In this document: positions 9,319-19,425 of the stretch, piece by piece
Layout: each line of letters starts with the position of its first letter
Position numbering within the stretch: position 1 is the stretch's first letter
Assembly: GCA_026709065.1 (NCBI GenBank)
Contig: JAPOTS010000115.1
Coordinates: 5,929 to 69,928, forward strand
Source of the DNA: Bacteroidota bacterium
GTDB lineage: Bacteria > Bacteroidota > Rhodothermia > Rhodothermales > Bin80
DNA: 64,000 bases
Direction of reading: 5' to 3'
Position numbers and translations under genes: made by a program
The notes under the pieces: model-generated
Databases searched by the model: none
The model's input: the letters and a program-made list of their open reading frames with translations, nothing else
What the model was told of the DNA's origin: nothing

Positions 9319-11053
9319 TGGTTGAGGGCTTGCTATGTGGTCGACGTTTTTTCTGACGGCGCACCTGACCATTGGTGGGTCTTTTAGATTTTGATGGGAC
9401 CCGATGTTTCTGGAAGGGTTTTTTTGCTTTGGAACCAGATTTTGTTGTTGAACTCTGTTTAGACTGTGCTTGAATACGAACCATGCGGGGGCTCAGATCG
9501 GTTATATCATGCTCACTGACGGCATCTAAAAATCTGAACTCATCGGGTGAAAGAGACTCACTCTCAACCACTGTAATCTGATGTTTGTATTGGCGTTGCC
9601 ATTTTGATTTCAGGCTTCGTTGCCAAAGTCCTTTTTGGATCCATGCTGCTGTAAATGGATGAACCTTTAAATAGACGCTCCCTCCGCTATGCTGTTTAAG
9701 CCATTTCTCAATTTTATTTTGGATGAATGTCGGATCGGGTGGTGGTATCCGTTTGATGCGTGATTTTTTGGATAACCGATGAGTAGATGTCACGCTAACA
9801 CGCTTACGCTCGCGCGTGATTTGTACTATGCCAAACTCGCTCATTGGTAGGTGATTGCATTGAACGCGGTCCCTGCCCAATTCTGCGGACAGTGCATCAT
9901 CCACTTTTTGGCGATTGCTCTGATATCGTAGATCAATAAAATCAATCACAATGAGTCCACTTAAATCGCGCAATCGAATTTGACGGGCAATAGACTCAAT
10001 GGCCTCCAAATTGACACGTAATGCGAGAGATTCATGATTTTGTTTCGTGCGAGTGCTTCCTGAATTGACATCAATCACATGCATGGCTTCGGTCGGCTGA
10101 ATGATCAGAGAGCCACCCGAAGGCAAGCTGACCTGCGTATCAAAGACTTCGTTAATTTGATCCTGAATTCCAGCAGCAACAAATACAGATTTTTTTCCTT
10201 TATGAAATGTGACGGTTTCAATCAGTTGGGGGGCAACGGCAAGGATGTATCCACGGATGGATCGGTACATACGATGATTGTCAACCAGGACACGCGAAAA
10301 ATCATCTGAAAACAAATCACGAATAATTGAAGAAGCTAAATTCACATCTTCATGGAGTTTGACTGGAGGATTAGGAGATCCGTTCAAGGCTTTTTCAATT
10401 TTTTGCCATCGGTCTAAGAGGTATTGTAAATCTTTTTCTAATGCCTTTTCATCTCGGCCTTCGGCAACCGTACGAGCGATCAGTCCAAATCCATAAGGGC
10501 GAATTTTTTTCATAATTGAACGAAGGCGTTGCCGTTCTTTGCGATTTTCAATTCGCCTTGAAATCGCGCTGTACTGCGCAAGGGGGATGAGAACAAGAAA
10601 GCGCCCGGCTAAGGATATATCAGTGGATAACCGAGGATTCTTGCTATGATAGGGCTCTTTGGTGATCGTCACTAAGATCTTTTGCTTTGGTTTGAGGAGA
10701 TTTGAATCTCCCCATCTGCGTCGAGATGAATCATTTTGTGGTTTAGGATGCGTTGCTGACCAATCTTTCATGACTTTAGAAACCTCCGGCTTTCGTTCTT
10801 TGACAAAAGTCAGTTGCTCTTCAAGATTAGATGACAGGTCAGAAAAGTGCAAAAACCCCTGCTGATCATCGTTGATGGTGACGAATGCAGCCTGTAATTC
10901 AGAGCGGAATGTTTCAATACGCCCCAGAAAAATATCTCCGACTGTACGCTCATTCTCGGGGCTTTCTATGTAAAACTCTGCTAACTTTCCTTCCTCAACG
11001 ATTGCAATTCTAGTTTCCGTGGGAGTGGTATTAATGATGATTTCTTTTGGCAT
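9308..11053 (-). CDS. rng: Ribonuclease E/G family endoribonuclease
   Basis: 581 aa. N-terminal S1 domain (GDIFLGRI), an RNase E/G catalytic core (HVIDVNSG, LIVIDFIDL) and a Lys/Arg-rich C-terminal tail. Confidence 0.9.
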   Translation of the reverse strand: MPKEIIINTTPTETRIAIVEEGKLAEFYIESPENERTVGDIFLGRIETFRSELQAAFVTINDDQQGFLHFSDLSSNLEEQLTFVKERKPEVSKVMKDWSATHPKPQNDSSRRRWGDSNLLKPKQKILVTITKEPYHSKNPRLSTDISLAGRFLVLIPLAQYSAISRRIENRKERQRLRSIMKKIRPYGFGLIARTVAEGRDEKALEKDLQYLLDRWQKIEKALNGSPNPPVKLHEDVNLASSIIRDLFSDDFSRVLVDNHRMYRSIRGYILAVAPQLIETVTFHKGKKSVFVAAGIQDQINEVFDTQVSLPSGGSLIIQPTEAMHVIDVNSGSTRTKQNHESLALRVNLEAIESIARQIRLRDLSGLIVIDFIDLRYQSNRQKVDDALSAELGRDRVQCNHLPMSEFGIVQITRERKRVSVTSTHRLSKKSRIKRIPPPDPTFIQNKIEKWLKQHSGGSVYLKVHPFTAAWIQKGLWQRSLKSKWQRQYKHQITVVESESLSPDEFRFLDAVSEHDITDLSPRMVRIQAQSKQSSTTKSGSKAKKPFQKHRVPSKSKRPTNGQVRRQKKRRPHSKPSTNAQ

Positions 11054-11316
11054 ATAGTGTAACTTTTGACTCTATGAGTATAATATACTGTGAGAGTCGA
11101 TGCTGTTTTTTAGAGTTTTTATCAGCGCAAGTAATGACTTGAATGTGAATATCTTACACGCAATACCTAGACAGCATTGCGATAGTTCTGTTGTATCAGA
11201 ACAAGCTAAATACGAAGATCATAAGTCTTTGATCCATTTAAGGCACATCATGGAAGATATCAAGTACAACGCTTAATTTTTAACTGGGGGCAGATCTTTT
11301 TAATTATCTCATATAA

Positions 11317-12462
11317 ATGAATCCGTCAGAAATTCCTCAAACGAATCAGGAACGTCATGTAAAAGGTCTTGAGGGTGTGATAGCACTCAACTCATCGATC
11401 TGTTATATTGATGGAGGCAAGGGGACATTAGTCTATCGGGGCTATGCAATTGAAGATCTTGCGACCCACTCCAATTTTGAAGATGTGGCTTATCTACTTT
11501 GGCATGGCCAACTTCCAAATCCTGACCAACAGATTCATGGACAGTTGGCATCCCTTCGATCAATTCCAGAGGAGGTGCTAAATTTCCTAAGCCAGCTTCC
11601 GCGTCATTTTGATCCGATGGCAACCCTACGTACTGGTATTTCGTTGCTCTCGCATTATGATCCCGAATCAAACACATCTACCCCCGAATCCAATTATCAG
11701 AAAGCGCTTCGTTTGACAGCTCAGATACCAACATTGATTACCGCATTGGCACGACATCGGCATGGGAAGTCTCCAATTGCTCCTCGGACTACAGGAAGCA
11801 CGGCCGAAAATTTTTTGTATATGTTAACTGGTGAAGAGCCAAACCCAACGGCCATCAAATCCTTGGATGCATTCTTAGTTCTACATGCGGAGCACGGTCT
11901 CAATGCCTCAACCTTCGCGGCACGTGTGATTGGAGCAACGCTCAGTGATATGTACTCTGCCATCATCGGAGCAGTTGGTGCACTCAAGGGGGCTCTGCAT
12001 GGGGGAGCCAATACCAGAGTAATGCTCATGCTTTTGGAATTACAGAAAAGTGGTGAGGCTCCAGAAGAATTTGTCATGAGAAAACTTGCCTCAAAAGAGA
12101 GAATTATGGGGTTCGGACACCGCGTCTATAAGACACTGGATCCACGCGCTGATGTCCTTCGCAAGATGCTCATTGAGTTGGGAGACCAAACGCCTGACAT
12201 GAAGTTATGGATTGATCTATGCTCTGGCTTAAGTCGAACTATGGATGAGCAAAAGGGAATTCGTGCTAACGTAGATTTTTACAGTGCCCCAATTCTGCAC
12301 CTTTTGGGTATAGATCCAGATTTCTACACGACGATTTTTGTCATGGGTAGAATCACTGGATGGACAGCCCATCTATTGGAACAATGGGAAGATAATCGGC
12401 TAATTAGACCCCGTGCGGCCTATACTGGACCTATGGGGCTCAATCTGAGTGATCACCAATAA
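11317..12462 (+). CDS. gltA: Citrate synthase
   Basis: 381 aa with the citrate synthase signature GFGHRVYKTLDPR. Lies upstream of sdhCAB. Confidence 0.95.
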   Translation: MNPSEIPQTNQERHVKGLEGVIALNSSICYIDGGKGTLVYRGYAIEDLATHSNFEDVAYLLWHGQLPNPDQQIHGQLASLRSIPEEVLNFLSQLPRHFDPMATLRTGISLLSHYDPESNTSTPESNYQKALRLTAQIPTLITALARHRHGKSPIAPRTTGSTAENFLYMLTGEEPNPTAIKSLDAFLVLHAEHGLNASTFAARVIGATLSDMYSAIIGAVGALKGALHGGANTRVMLMLLELQKSGEAPEEFVMRKLASKERIMGFGHRVYKTLDPRADVLRKMLIELGDQTPDMKLWIDLCSGLSRTMDEQKGIRANVDFYSAPILHLLGIDPDFYTTIFVMGRITGWTAHLLEQWEDNRLIRPRAAYTGPMGLNLSDHQ

Positions 12463-12532
12463 TGACGTGAATGAGAACATGGAAAGACTTTTTTCGTTGA
12501 CCTCCACATTGGATAACCATTTAGCGTGAATC

Positions 12533-13219
12533 ATGAAATTGATGTCTGCCTTGATGTCCCCCGTTGGGCGAAAAGTTTTGACAGGTGTAACGGGAATAGG
12601 TCTAGTCGCGTTTGTGATTGCACATATGATAGGCAATCTCACCTATCTCTCTCCCAATGAACACGCGTATAATACTTATGCATATAAGCTGATCAGTTTA
12701 GGGTGGATTTTTTACACCATTGAAATTCTCCTTGCACTGTGTTTTATTCTTCATGCCATTGTTGGAATTTCTATCCAAATAAGGCGGCGAAAAGCCCGCC
12801 CTGATGGATACAAAAAATATAAAAGTGCAGGTTCGCCCAGCTATCAAGGATATAGCGCCCGCTCAATGATCTTTACGGGGATTATTCTATTGGGGTTCTT
12901 GGTTTTACATCTGATTTCATTTAAATATGGTCCTGGGCAAGCGGAGGGATATACCGTGACACTGCCAAGTGGGGAAGAAGTGCGAGATCTGCGTCGGCTG
13001 ATGACCGAGAAATTTCAGGAACCGCTCTATGCTTTTGGATACCCTATCATCATGCTTCTTTTGGGGATGCATATGCGACATGGAGTATGGAGTGCGTTAC
13101 AATCTCTCGGAATGATGAGTCGGCGCTTATCACCGTTGGTTTACAGCCTTGCTGCTGTCTTAGGAATATTGGTGGCAGTAGGATTTTTGTTTGTTCCACT
13201 ATATATCTATTTCTGGTAA
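12533..13219 (+). CDS. sdhC: Succinate dehydrogenase/fumarate reductase cytochrome b subunit (b558 type)
   Basis: 228 aa with about 5 hydrophobic helices and conserved His residues. Sits immediately upstream of sdhA and sdhB. Confidence 0.85.
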   Translation: MKLMSALMSPVGRKVLTGVTGIGLVAFVIAHMIGNLTYLSPNEHAYNTYAYKLISLGWIFYTIEILLALCFILHAIVGISIQIRRRKARPDGYKKYKSAGSPSYQGYSARSMIFTGIILLGFLVLHLISFKYGPGQAEGYTVTLPSGEEVRDLRRLMTEKFQEPLYAFGYPIIMLLLGMHMRHGVWSALQSLGMMSRRLSPLVYSLAAVLGILVAVGFLFVPLYIYFW

Positions 13220-13225
13220 ACGGAT

Positions 13226-15172
13226 ATGGCTCATTCTGCACGGCAATCTCAAGTTCACAGTCCTCGCCTTGATTCCAAGGTGCCATCAGGACTACTTCAA
13301 CAAAAATGGGATATCTATAAAAACCAAGTATCTCTGGTCAGCCCTGCAAATAAACGCTCTCATCATATTCTAGTCGTTGGATCTGGACTTGCGGGCGCAT
13401 CTGCGGCCGCAACCCTCGCTGGTCTCGGTTATCAAGTGACGTGTTTCTGTATTCAGGATTCTCCTCGTCGGGCACACTCAATCGCAGCACAGGGTGGAAT
13501 CAACGCTGCAAAGAATTACCCTAATGATGGAGATACAGTCTGGCGATTGTTTTATGATACCATCAAGGGGGGAGACTATCGCTCACGTGAAGCAAATGTC
13601 TATCGGTTGGCGGAAGTCTCTAACAATATCATTGATCAGGCCGTTGCTCAGGGAGTCCCATTTGCGCGTGAATATGGGGGTGTCCTTTCAAACAGATCGT
13701 TTGGTGGAGCTCAGGTATCGCGTACGTTCTATGCAAGGGGGCAGACTGGCCAACAACTTTTACTAGGGGCTTATCAGGCACTTAGCCATCAAATCGCAGG
13801 TGGGCGTGTCAAAATGTTACCCCGAAGAGAAATGGTTGACTTGGTGGTGGCCAATGACCGTGCCTGCGGCTTGATTGCTCGGAATCTGCTTACCGGTGAG
13901 TTAGAGCGCTATGCGGGCGATGCAGTTTTGCTCTGTACTGGCGGATATGGAAACGCCTACTACCTGTCAACGAATGCAAAAAACTCTAATGTGACTGCTG
14001 CATGGCGCTGCCATAAACGAGGTGCCTTTTTTGCGAACCCCTGTTACACGCAAATTCATCCTACATGCATTCCTGTCTCTGGTGACTATCAATCTAAGCT
14101 GACACTCATGAGCGAGAGTCTTCGCAATGATGGACGAGTTTGGGTTCCCAACGACCCTCATGATGAGCGGGCACCAGAAATGATCCCAGAAGATGCCCGA
14201 GACTATTATTTGGAACGTCGTTATCCCAGTTTTGGTAATCTAGTGCCTAGGGATGTCGCGTCAAGAGCTTCTAAAAAAGAATGTGACGAAGGCCGGGGTG
14301 TTGGCGAAACCCGTCTTGCGGTGTATCTTGATTTTGCACATTCAATTGAGCGGCTCGGGGAGCATACCATTCGGGAGCGTTACGGTAATCTTTTTGAAAT
14401 GTACCAACGCATAACGGGTGATAATCCATATCAGACTCCGATGAGAATCTATCCGGCTGTCCATTACACGATGGGAGGATTATGGGTTGACTATGAGCTT
14501 CAAAGTACTGTCCCTGGATTATTTGTCCTTGGCGAGGCAAACTTTAGTGATCACGGTGCAAACAGGCTTGGAGCGAGTGCTCTCATGCAGGGCTTAGCTG
14601 ACGGATACTTTGTCATTCCTTACACATTGGGGGCCTATTTGGCGGGCCATAATCAATCTGATCAGGTTTCTGAAACACATGATAGTTTCGCAGCAGTGGA
14701 GAAAGAGGCCAGTGATCGGATTGATCGGATTCTTCACAATGATGGTGATAAGTCTCCGACTGTGTTTCATCGTGAACTTGGACGTTTACTTTGGGACCAT
14801 GTCGGCATGTCGCGTCATCGGGAAGGCTTAGAATCGTCTTTGCAAGCGATTGAGACATTAGAGGACGAGTTTTGGGAGCGAATCTGTGTCCCCGGATCTG
14901 CGGATCGTTACAATAAAAACCTTGAGTTTGCTGGTCGTGTCGCCGACTTTCTTGAACTTGGTTCGCTGATGGCTCGGGATGCACTTCGTCGCGAGGAGTC
15001 ATGTGGCGGACATTTTCGGGAAGAATATCAGACTCCTGAGGGAGAAGCAGCCCGTGATGATGAGGCTTATGCCGATGTCGCTGCTTGGGAGTATCAAGGA
15101 CGTGATCCGATCTTACATCTTGAGCAACTCACCTTTGAGAGTGTGCATCCATCTAAACGTAGCTATAAATAA
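13226..15172 (+). CDS. sdhA: Succinate dehydrogenase/fumarate reductase flavoprotein subunit
   Basis: 648 aa. FAD-binding [12 protein letters not shown], the covalent-FAD region [14 protein letters not shown], and HYTMGG. Confidence 0.95.
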   Translation: MAHSARQSQVHSPRLDSKVPSGLLQQKWDIYKNQVSLVSPANKRSHHILVVGSGLAGASAAATLAGLGYQVTCFCIQDSPRRAHSIAAQGGINAAKNYPNDGDTVWRLFYDTIKGGDYRSREANVYRLAEVSNNIIDQAVAQGVPFAREYGGVLSNRSFGGAQVSRTFYARGQTGQQLLLGAYQALSHQIAGGRVKMLPRREMVDLVVANDRACGLIARNLLTGELERYAGDAVLLCTGGYGNAYYLSTNAKNSNVTAAWRCHKRGAFFANPCYTQIHPTCIPVSGDYQSKLTLMSESLRNDGRVWVPNDPHDERAPEMIPEDARDYYLERRYPSFGNLVPRDVASRASKKECDEGRGVGETRLAVYLDFAHSIERLGEHTIRERYGNLFEMYQRITGDNPYQTPMRIYPAVHYTMGGLWVDYELQSTVPGLFVLGEANFSDHGANRLGASALMQGLADGYFVIPYTLGAYLAGHNQSDQVSETHDSFAAVEKEASDRIDRILHNDGDKSPTVFHRELGRLLWDHVGMSRHREGLESSLQAIETLEDEFWERICVPGSADRYNKNLEFAGRVADFLELGSLMARDALRREESCGGHFREEYQTPEGEAARDDEAYADVAAWEYQGRDPILHLEQLTFESVHPSKRSYK

Positions 15173-15176
15173 TTCC

Positions 15177-15920
15177 ATGGTTATCAATTTGCGCGTCTGG
15201 AGACAAGAGGGCCCTGATTCCTCAGGAAGGCTTGTAGACTATACGGTCAACCAAGCGAGTGAGCATATGTCATTTCTTGAACTGTTAGATGTTCTGAATG
15301 AGCAGTTATTGCAGAGTGGAGATGATCCAGTGGAGTTTGACAGTGACTGTCGAGAGGGCATCTGTGGATCATGTGGATTGATGGTTGCAGGCATCGCTCA
15401 TGGGCCGCAGAAGCGGACCGCTGTCTGTCAGCTTCATATGCGTAGCTTCAAAGATGGAGATACGATCACGGTAGAGCCCTTTCGTGCGCGTGCTTTTCCG
15501 ATCATCCGTGACCTTGTTGTAGATCGTAGTGCATTTGACCGGATCATTGCTGCGCATGGATATGTGTCTGTCACCACGGGGTCTGCACCTGATGCGAATG
15601 CGATTCCGATTTCTAAGGATCTTGCTGATGATGCGATGGATTATGCGGCGTGTATTGGCTGCGGGGCTTGTGTGGCTGCGTGTCCCAATGGGAGTGCTTC
15701 GTTGTTTACAGCTGCCAAGATCTCTCATTTAGGATTACTTCCTCAGGGTCGGGTGGAGGCATCTCAACGGGTCATGGCGATGGTTGATCAGATGGATGTC
15801 GAGGGATTTGGGGATTGTTCAAACTATGCTGAATGTGAAGCGGTATGTCCTAAGGGAATTTCGATTGAGGGGATTGCTCGGATGAGGCGTTCTTACATGA
15901 AGGGAGTTTTGTCAGAGTAG
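15177..15920 (+). CDS. sdhB: Succinate dehydrogenase/fumarate reductase iron-sulfur subunit
   Basis: Start set at [12 protein letters not shown], 5 nt after the sdhA stop. Cys clusters [22 protein letters not shown] and [12 protein letters not shown]. Confidence 0.93.
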   Translation: MVINLRVWRQEGPDSSGRLVDYTVNQASEHMSFLELLDVLNEQLLQSGDDPVEFDSDCREGICGSCGLMVAGIAHGPQKRTAVCQLHMRSFKDGDTITVEPFRARAFPIIRDLVVDRSAFDRIIAAHGYVSVTTGSAPDANAIPISKDLADDAMDYAACIGCGACVAACPNGSASLFTAAKISHLGLLPQGRVEASQRVMAMVDQMDVEGFGDCSNYAECEAVCPKGISIEGIARMRRSYMKGVLSE

Positions 15921-15968
15921 TTTACTCTAATGACATTCTATATCCCATGTATGAGTAGGGGGCGTTAA

Positions 15969-17231
15969 TTGGCCATTGCAATCCATATCGGCTTACTGAT
16001 TTTATCAGTATATGTCATTGTCAAGTCCAGTGATTCACTGGTAGATTTAGCCAGTGGAATTGGCCAGAGGGCGAATCTAAGTGACTTCTTTATTGGGAGC
16101 TTTCTTGTTGGAATTGGAACCTCTTTACCAGAGCTTTTTACATCCATTGCTGCTGCTAATTCTGGGACTCCTGAATTAGTAAGTCCAAACGTTTTTGGTA
16201 CTGTTGTTGCTAATTTAGGTGCAGGGTTTGGACTTGGTGTCTTATCTCTGTTCTTTTTTGTTCGGTTGGACGATGGGCATCTCCGTGTGTTTACTCGGGC
16301 ACACGCCTTGTCCAATGGGTACCTTGATTTTAGCAATACGAATGTTAGTCCGATCCTTTTTGCATCACTCTCGGTACTTCTCGCAGTTGCACTCTGTTAT
16401 GATGGCTTATTTGACCGTTTGGATGCTGTCATCTTTTTTATATGCTATGTTGGCTTTATGGGGTGGCAGTTTTATCAAAGTCGCCAACCGACCCTATCTG
16501 AAACCTCGCCTCCATCCAGAAAAGAGATTGGAACTTCCAAGAATGAGCATAGGCTCCGTACAAAGGCTTTGGTGGAGATCGTTCCAGCGTGCAGTGCTTT
16601 TATATTAGCGGTTATTTCCGTTGTCATTCCTAGTTTTCGACAGGAATTGATGGAGGTAGCAGAGGGCAGTTTTGCGGTGGCTTTTTTCCTTGTTGGTCTC
16701 ATTTTATTGCTCGGATTACAATTGTGGGATTATTGGCCTGAACTGACTTCTCGGGGTGGTCCAGAGTTATCTAATGTTGCCTCAGTTCCTGTATGGATAG
16801 GGCTGATATTATTTGGTGTCATCATTGCCATTTTGTATTCCAGTGGTGTCATCGTTGTTGGATCTTTGGTGAAGTTATCAGAAGATCTTGGAATCAATTC
16901 TGGTGCACTTGCAGCGAGTGCGTTAGCAATTGGAACCTCGTTACCTGACATTGTCGTGGCTTTAAATGTGGTACGGCGGGGTCGACATAAGCTTTTGGTT
17001 GGTCATATCTTTCAGTCTAATGTCTTTGATGTATTTCTGATCATGGCAATATGCGGTTTGATAGTACCGCTTCCCGAGGTCAATGAGGGTTCTTCAATCA
17101 TTTCAATTTGGACAGCGGTGATTTTAACTCTGCCGTTACTGCTAACTCTGAGGTACAAAAAGATCTCAGGGATTGGTGGGCTATTATTATTTATTGGCTT
17201 TATGGTATTTCTTTTCTATCTCTATGGTTAA
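15969..17231 (+). CDS. Na+/Ca2+ exchanger (CaCA, YrbG-like) family membrane protein
   Basis: 420 aa and polytopic. Duplicated alpha-repeat motifs GTSLPELFTSI and GTSLPDIVVAL. Confidence 0.85.
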   Translation: MAIAIHIGLLILSVYVIVKSSDSLVDLASGIGQRANLSDFFIGSFLVGIGTSLPELFTSIAAANSGTPELVSPNVFGTVVANLGAGFGLGVLSLFFFVRLDDGHLRVFTRAHALSNGYLDFSNTNVSPILFASLSVLLAVALCYDGLFDRLDAVIFFICYVGFMGWQFYQSRQPTLSETSPPSRKEIGTSKNEHRLRTKALVEIVPACSAFILAVISVVIPSFRQELMEVAEGSFAVAFFLVGLILLLGLQLWDYWPELTSRGGPELSNVASVPVWIGLILFGVIIAILYSSGVIVVGSLVKLSEDLGINSGALAASALAIGTSLPDIVVALNVVRRGRHKLLVGHIFQSNVFDVFLIMAICGLIVPLPEVNEGSSIISIWTAVILTLPLLLTLRYKKISGIGGLLLFIGFMVFLFYLYG

Positions 17232-17440
17232 CCTGCAAGGGAAGATCATTTGAACTATGAAAATAGTTGCTAACTCAACAGCATTATGAGACCAATCGGC
17301 ACATAAATCTATAATCAGAATTACCCTCTGGATAGTCTTTAGATCTCTCATGTTATCTACTGACAAGTTACTGGTATCTATGGTACTTCTCCTGACATGA
17401 TCGTCGGGTGAGAGAAATATTCCTTCAACTCTGGATTATA

Positions 17441-18151
17441 TCAATGGGTAGGCATTTGATCCCATGTTCTGCCATCAAGTGTCCGTCCTGTGTGCTTCTT
17501 GAAGACACCACCCCATTGTTTGAAGAAAAATGGTACATGCGTTTTTATACACAAATCCCGGAGATCTCTGACCCACTCTGCTTCCATTGGTCGTGCCCCT
17601 GGACCAGATTCTCCTCCAACAATGACCCAGTCAATTCCACTGACGGGGAGACTAGGAAGAGGTCCTAAGAGCGGTTCAAGTGAGAGAAATTTGCAATATG
17701 CGTGAGTCTTTTTTAATTCGTCCAGTCGAAATTGCCATTTCTGTGATTCAATACTCGTTCCGAGCCAAATATTTGGGCTCCAAGTTAAGTCTTTCTCAAT
17801 TTCAAGGACGCGCCCAGGTCTTTTGGTAAGAACTTGGAATGTATGTTGTGATGCGAGGTTCATTGTCTTAAAGGTTGATTTAATAAACGACACATCAACA
17901 TCTTCGTGAAAGAGGTCTGACATAGAGTTTACGAACACTAGTTTGGGTTTTTGCCATTTAAGTGGCTCTTCAAGTATAGAAGGATGCATCGTTACGGAAA
18001 AACCATTTTGATATTTTTTCACGCCCATCGCTTGAAGTCTTTTGGCCATTCGTTCGGCGTAGCAAAATTTACATCCATGGCTAATTTTCGTGCACCCCGT
18101 TACGGGATTCCAAGTTGTTTCTGTCCACTCAATTCCAGAATGTGTTGACAT
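17441..18151 (-). CDS. DUF5131 (phage Gp37/Gp68 family) protein
   Basis: 236 aa. N-terminus [30 protein letters not shown] carries the three-Cys motif characteristic of this family. Confidence 0.85.
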   Translation of the reverse strand: MSTHSGIEWTETTWNPVTGCTKISHGCKFCYAERMAKRLQAMGVKKYQNGFSVTMHPSILEEPLKWQKPKLVFVNSMSDLFHEDVDVSFIKSTFKTMNLASQHTFQVLTKRPGRVLEIEKDLTWSPNIWLGTSIESQKWQFRLDELKKTHAYCKFLSLEPLLGPLPSLPVSGIDWVIVGGESGPGARPMEAEWVRDLRDLCIKTHVPFFFKQWGGVFKKHTGRTLDGRTWDQMPTH

Positions 18152-18154
18152 GAT

Positions 18155-18603
18155 TCACAGAGATAAAAGGTGTTTGGCGATATTCTTGGCCAGATGGATT
18201 GCTTTGGGTTGATCACTGCCGACGCAGAACATAAGTTCGTAAAGACTGGAATTTCTTGAGTTTTTCAGTGTTACTGAATTTTCAAGAAATCGGTTACCAA
18301 ATAATTCACGAAGTCTATTCTTATAGATGGTGATTAAATTTTCTGCACCCGATTCTCGCTCATGTCGGGGTTTGTTGAATAATTCCTGTTGGAGACTCAA
18401 TTGATACATTGATGATTAAAGGCGAAATGATAAGGAGAATTCTTCCCTAAACATTCTATGTGTACCCGGTTGTAGATAACCAGTTTGGGGTCAAATTCTG
18501 GTGATATTGCCTTAACTTTGAGGCTAAACAAGATCATTTTAGTATTGTTCTGAGTAATATCATCAATCAAAAGGAGAATATTCTGATATCCACTACCAAG
18601 ATA
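18155..18603 (-). pseudogene. Decayed three-Cys-motif partner protein (TcmP-like) remnant
   Basis: The 84-aa ORF ends in SSLYELMFCVGSDQPKAIHLAKNI, like the TcmP C-terminus. The upstream part (YLGSGYQNILLLIDDIT...) lies in a different frame with no N-terminal region. It occupies the usual partner position next to DUF5131. Confidence 0.4.
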
Positions 18604-18727
18604 TTACTATGTCTCAAATAAAAGGGAAAGTTGAATAACAGTTCATCATAACGCACGAATAAAATTGAAACGGTTATATCCGACATTTGATAAATGATAT
18701 GACATTAGGCACTCCTGACTTCTCTGA

Positions 18728-18998
18728 AATAGCAAAAATACCGAAAACATTAAACAACGGGAAATAATTGAGAGTATCTTGAGTTCACCCGGAAAATTCC
18801 GCTCGGCGGAGTTGGTGAGCAAGGTGACCCTGGAAGGGTTTGATAAACGCAGACGTGAATACAAACATCTAGGCTGGGTATACGTAGCCCAGAATTCTTG
18901 TTTTGCAGACAAAGTCTTCAAGATTGGACAAACCCAGAGATCCCCATAAGAACGGATGGATACCCTCAGCGCGTCAACCTCCTTAAACAAAAAATTTG
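18728..18998 (+). pseudogene. T5orf172 (GIY-YIG-like) domain gene, 5' fragment, interrupted by insertion and an in-frame TAA
   Basis: Own translation gives ...RREYKHLGWVYVAQNSCFADKVFKIGQTQRSP*ERMDTLSASTSLNKKF. The stop at 18947-18949 sits where homologs have Glu. There is no ATG start. Confidence 0.7.
18990..18998. repeat. Left copy of the 9-bp direct repeat AAAAATTTG (candidate target-site duplication)
   Basis: An identical 9-mer is present at 24123-24131, just outside the other end of the cassette. Confidence 0.7.
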
Positions 18999-19020
18999 GG
19001 AATTATCCAACTAACTGTAA
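18999..19020. repeat. Left terminal inverted repeat GGAATTATCCAACTAACTGTAA
   Basis: Matches the reverse complement of 24100-24121 (GGAACTATACGCCAACCTGTAA) at 16 of 22 positions. Confidence 0.6.
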
Positions 19021-19032
19021 CCAACTCCTATC

Positions 19033-19425
19033 TTGATGAGTCATATAAGTGAACACAAAAGCATGGACGCGCAACATATAATGACGGGACCTGACAAGGC
19101 TTTCCGACGTGGAATTAGTTTCTTTGAGTTGATCAAGCTCATCCCTGATGAAGAAACAGCGATCAAGTGGTTTGAGTCCATCTTCTGGCTAGATGGTCGC
19201 AGATGCCCCAAATGTCAGGGGTGCAACACGTACGAGACCAATAATAGCAATGGCATGCGGTATTGGTGCAGAGACTGCAAGCGATACTTCTCGGTGATGA
19301 CTGGCACCGGTCAAATCCTAAGTATTCCACAAATTATTCAAGATTGTGTTATATTTACATCAATAAACAAACCACTGCCAATTGATGCAAACCAACGCCC
19401 TTTACTACGGGGATTGCCATGCTAA
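19033..19425 (+). pseudogene. IS1595-family transposase, N-terminal zinc-ribbon part only (no DDE domain)
   Basis: IPDEETAIKWFESIFWLDGRRCPKCQGCNTYE...YWCRDCKRYFSVMTGT matches the IS1595-type Zn-ribbon N-terminus. Similarity ends near 19320. Confidence 0.7.

Noticed and set aside
14979-15176. The long N-terminal extension of the sdhB ORF (track start 14979), which overlaps the sdhA 3' end.
   Set aside because: The extension lies inside sdhA in another frame and has no SdhB similarity. MVINLRVW at 15177 is the conventional start, directly after the sdhA stop.
15965-16336. 123-aa minus-strand ORF.
   Set aside because: It is antisense to the well-supported CaCA transporter gene, so it is a shadow ORF.
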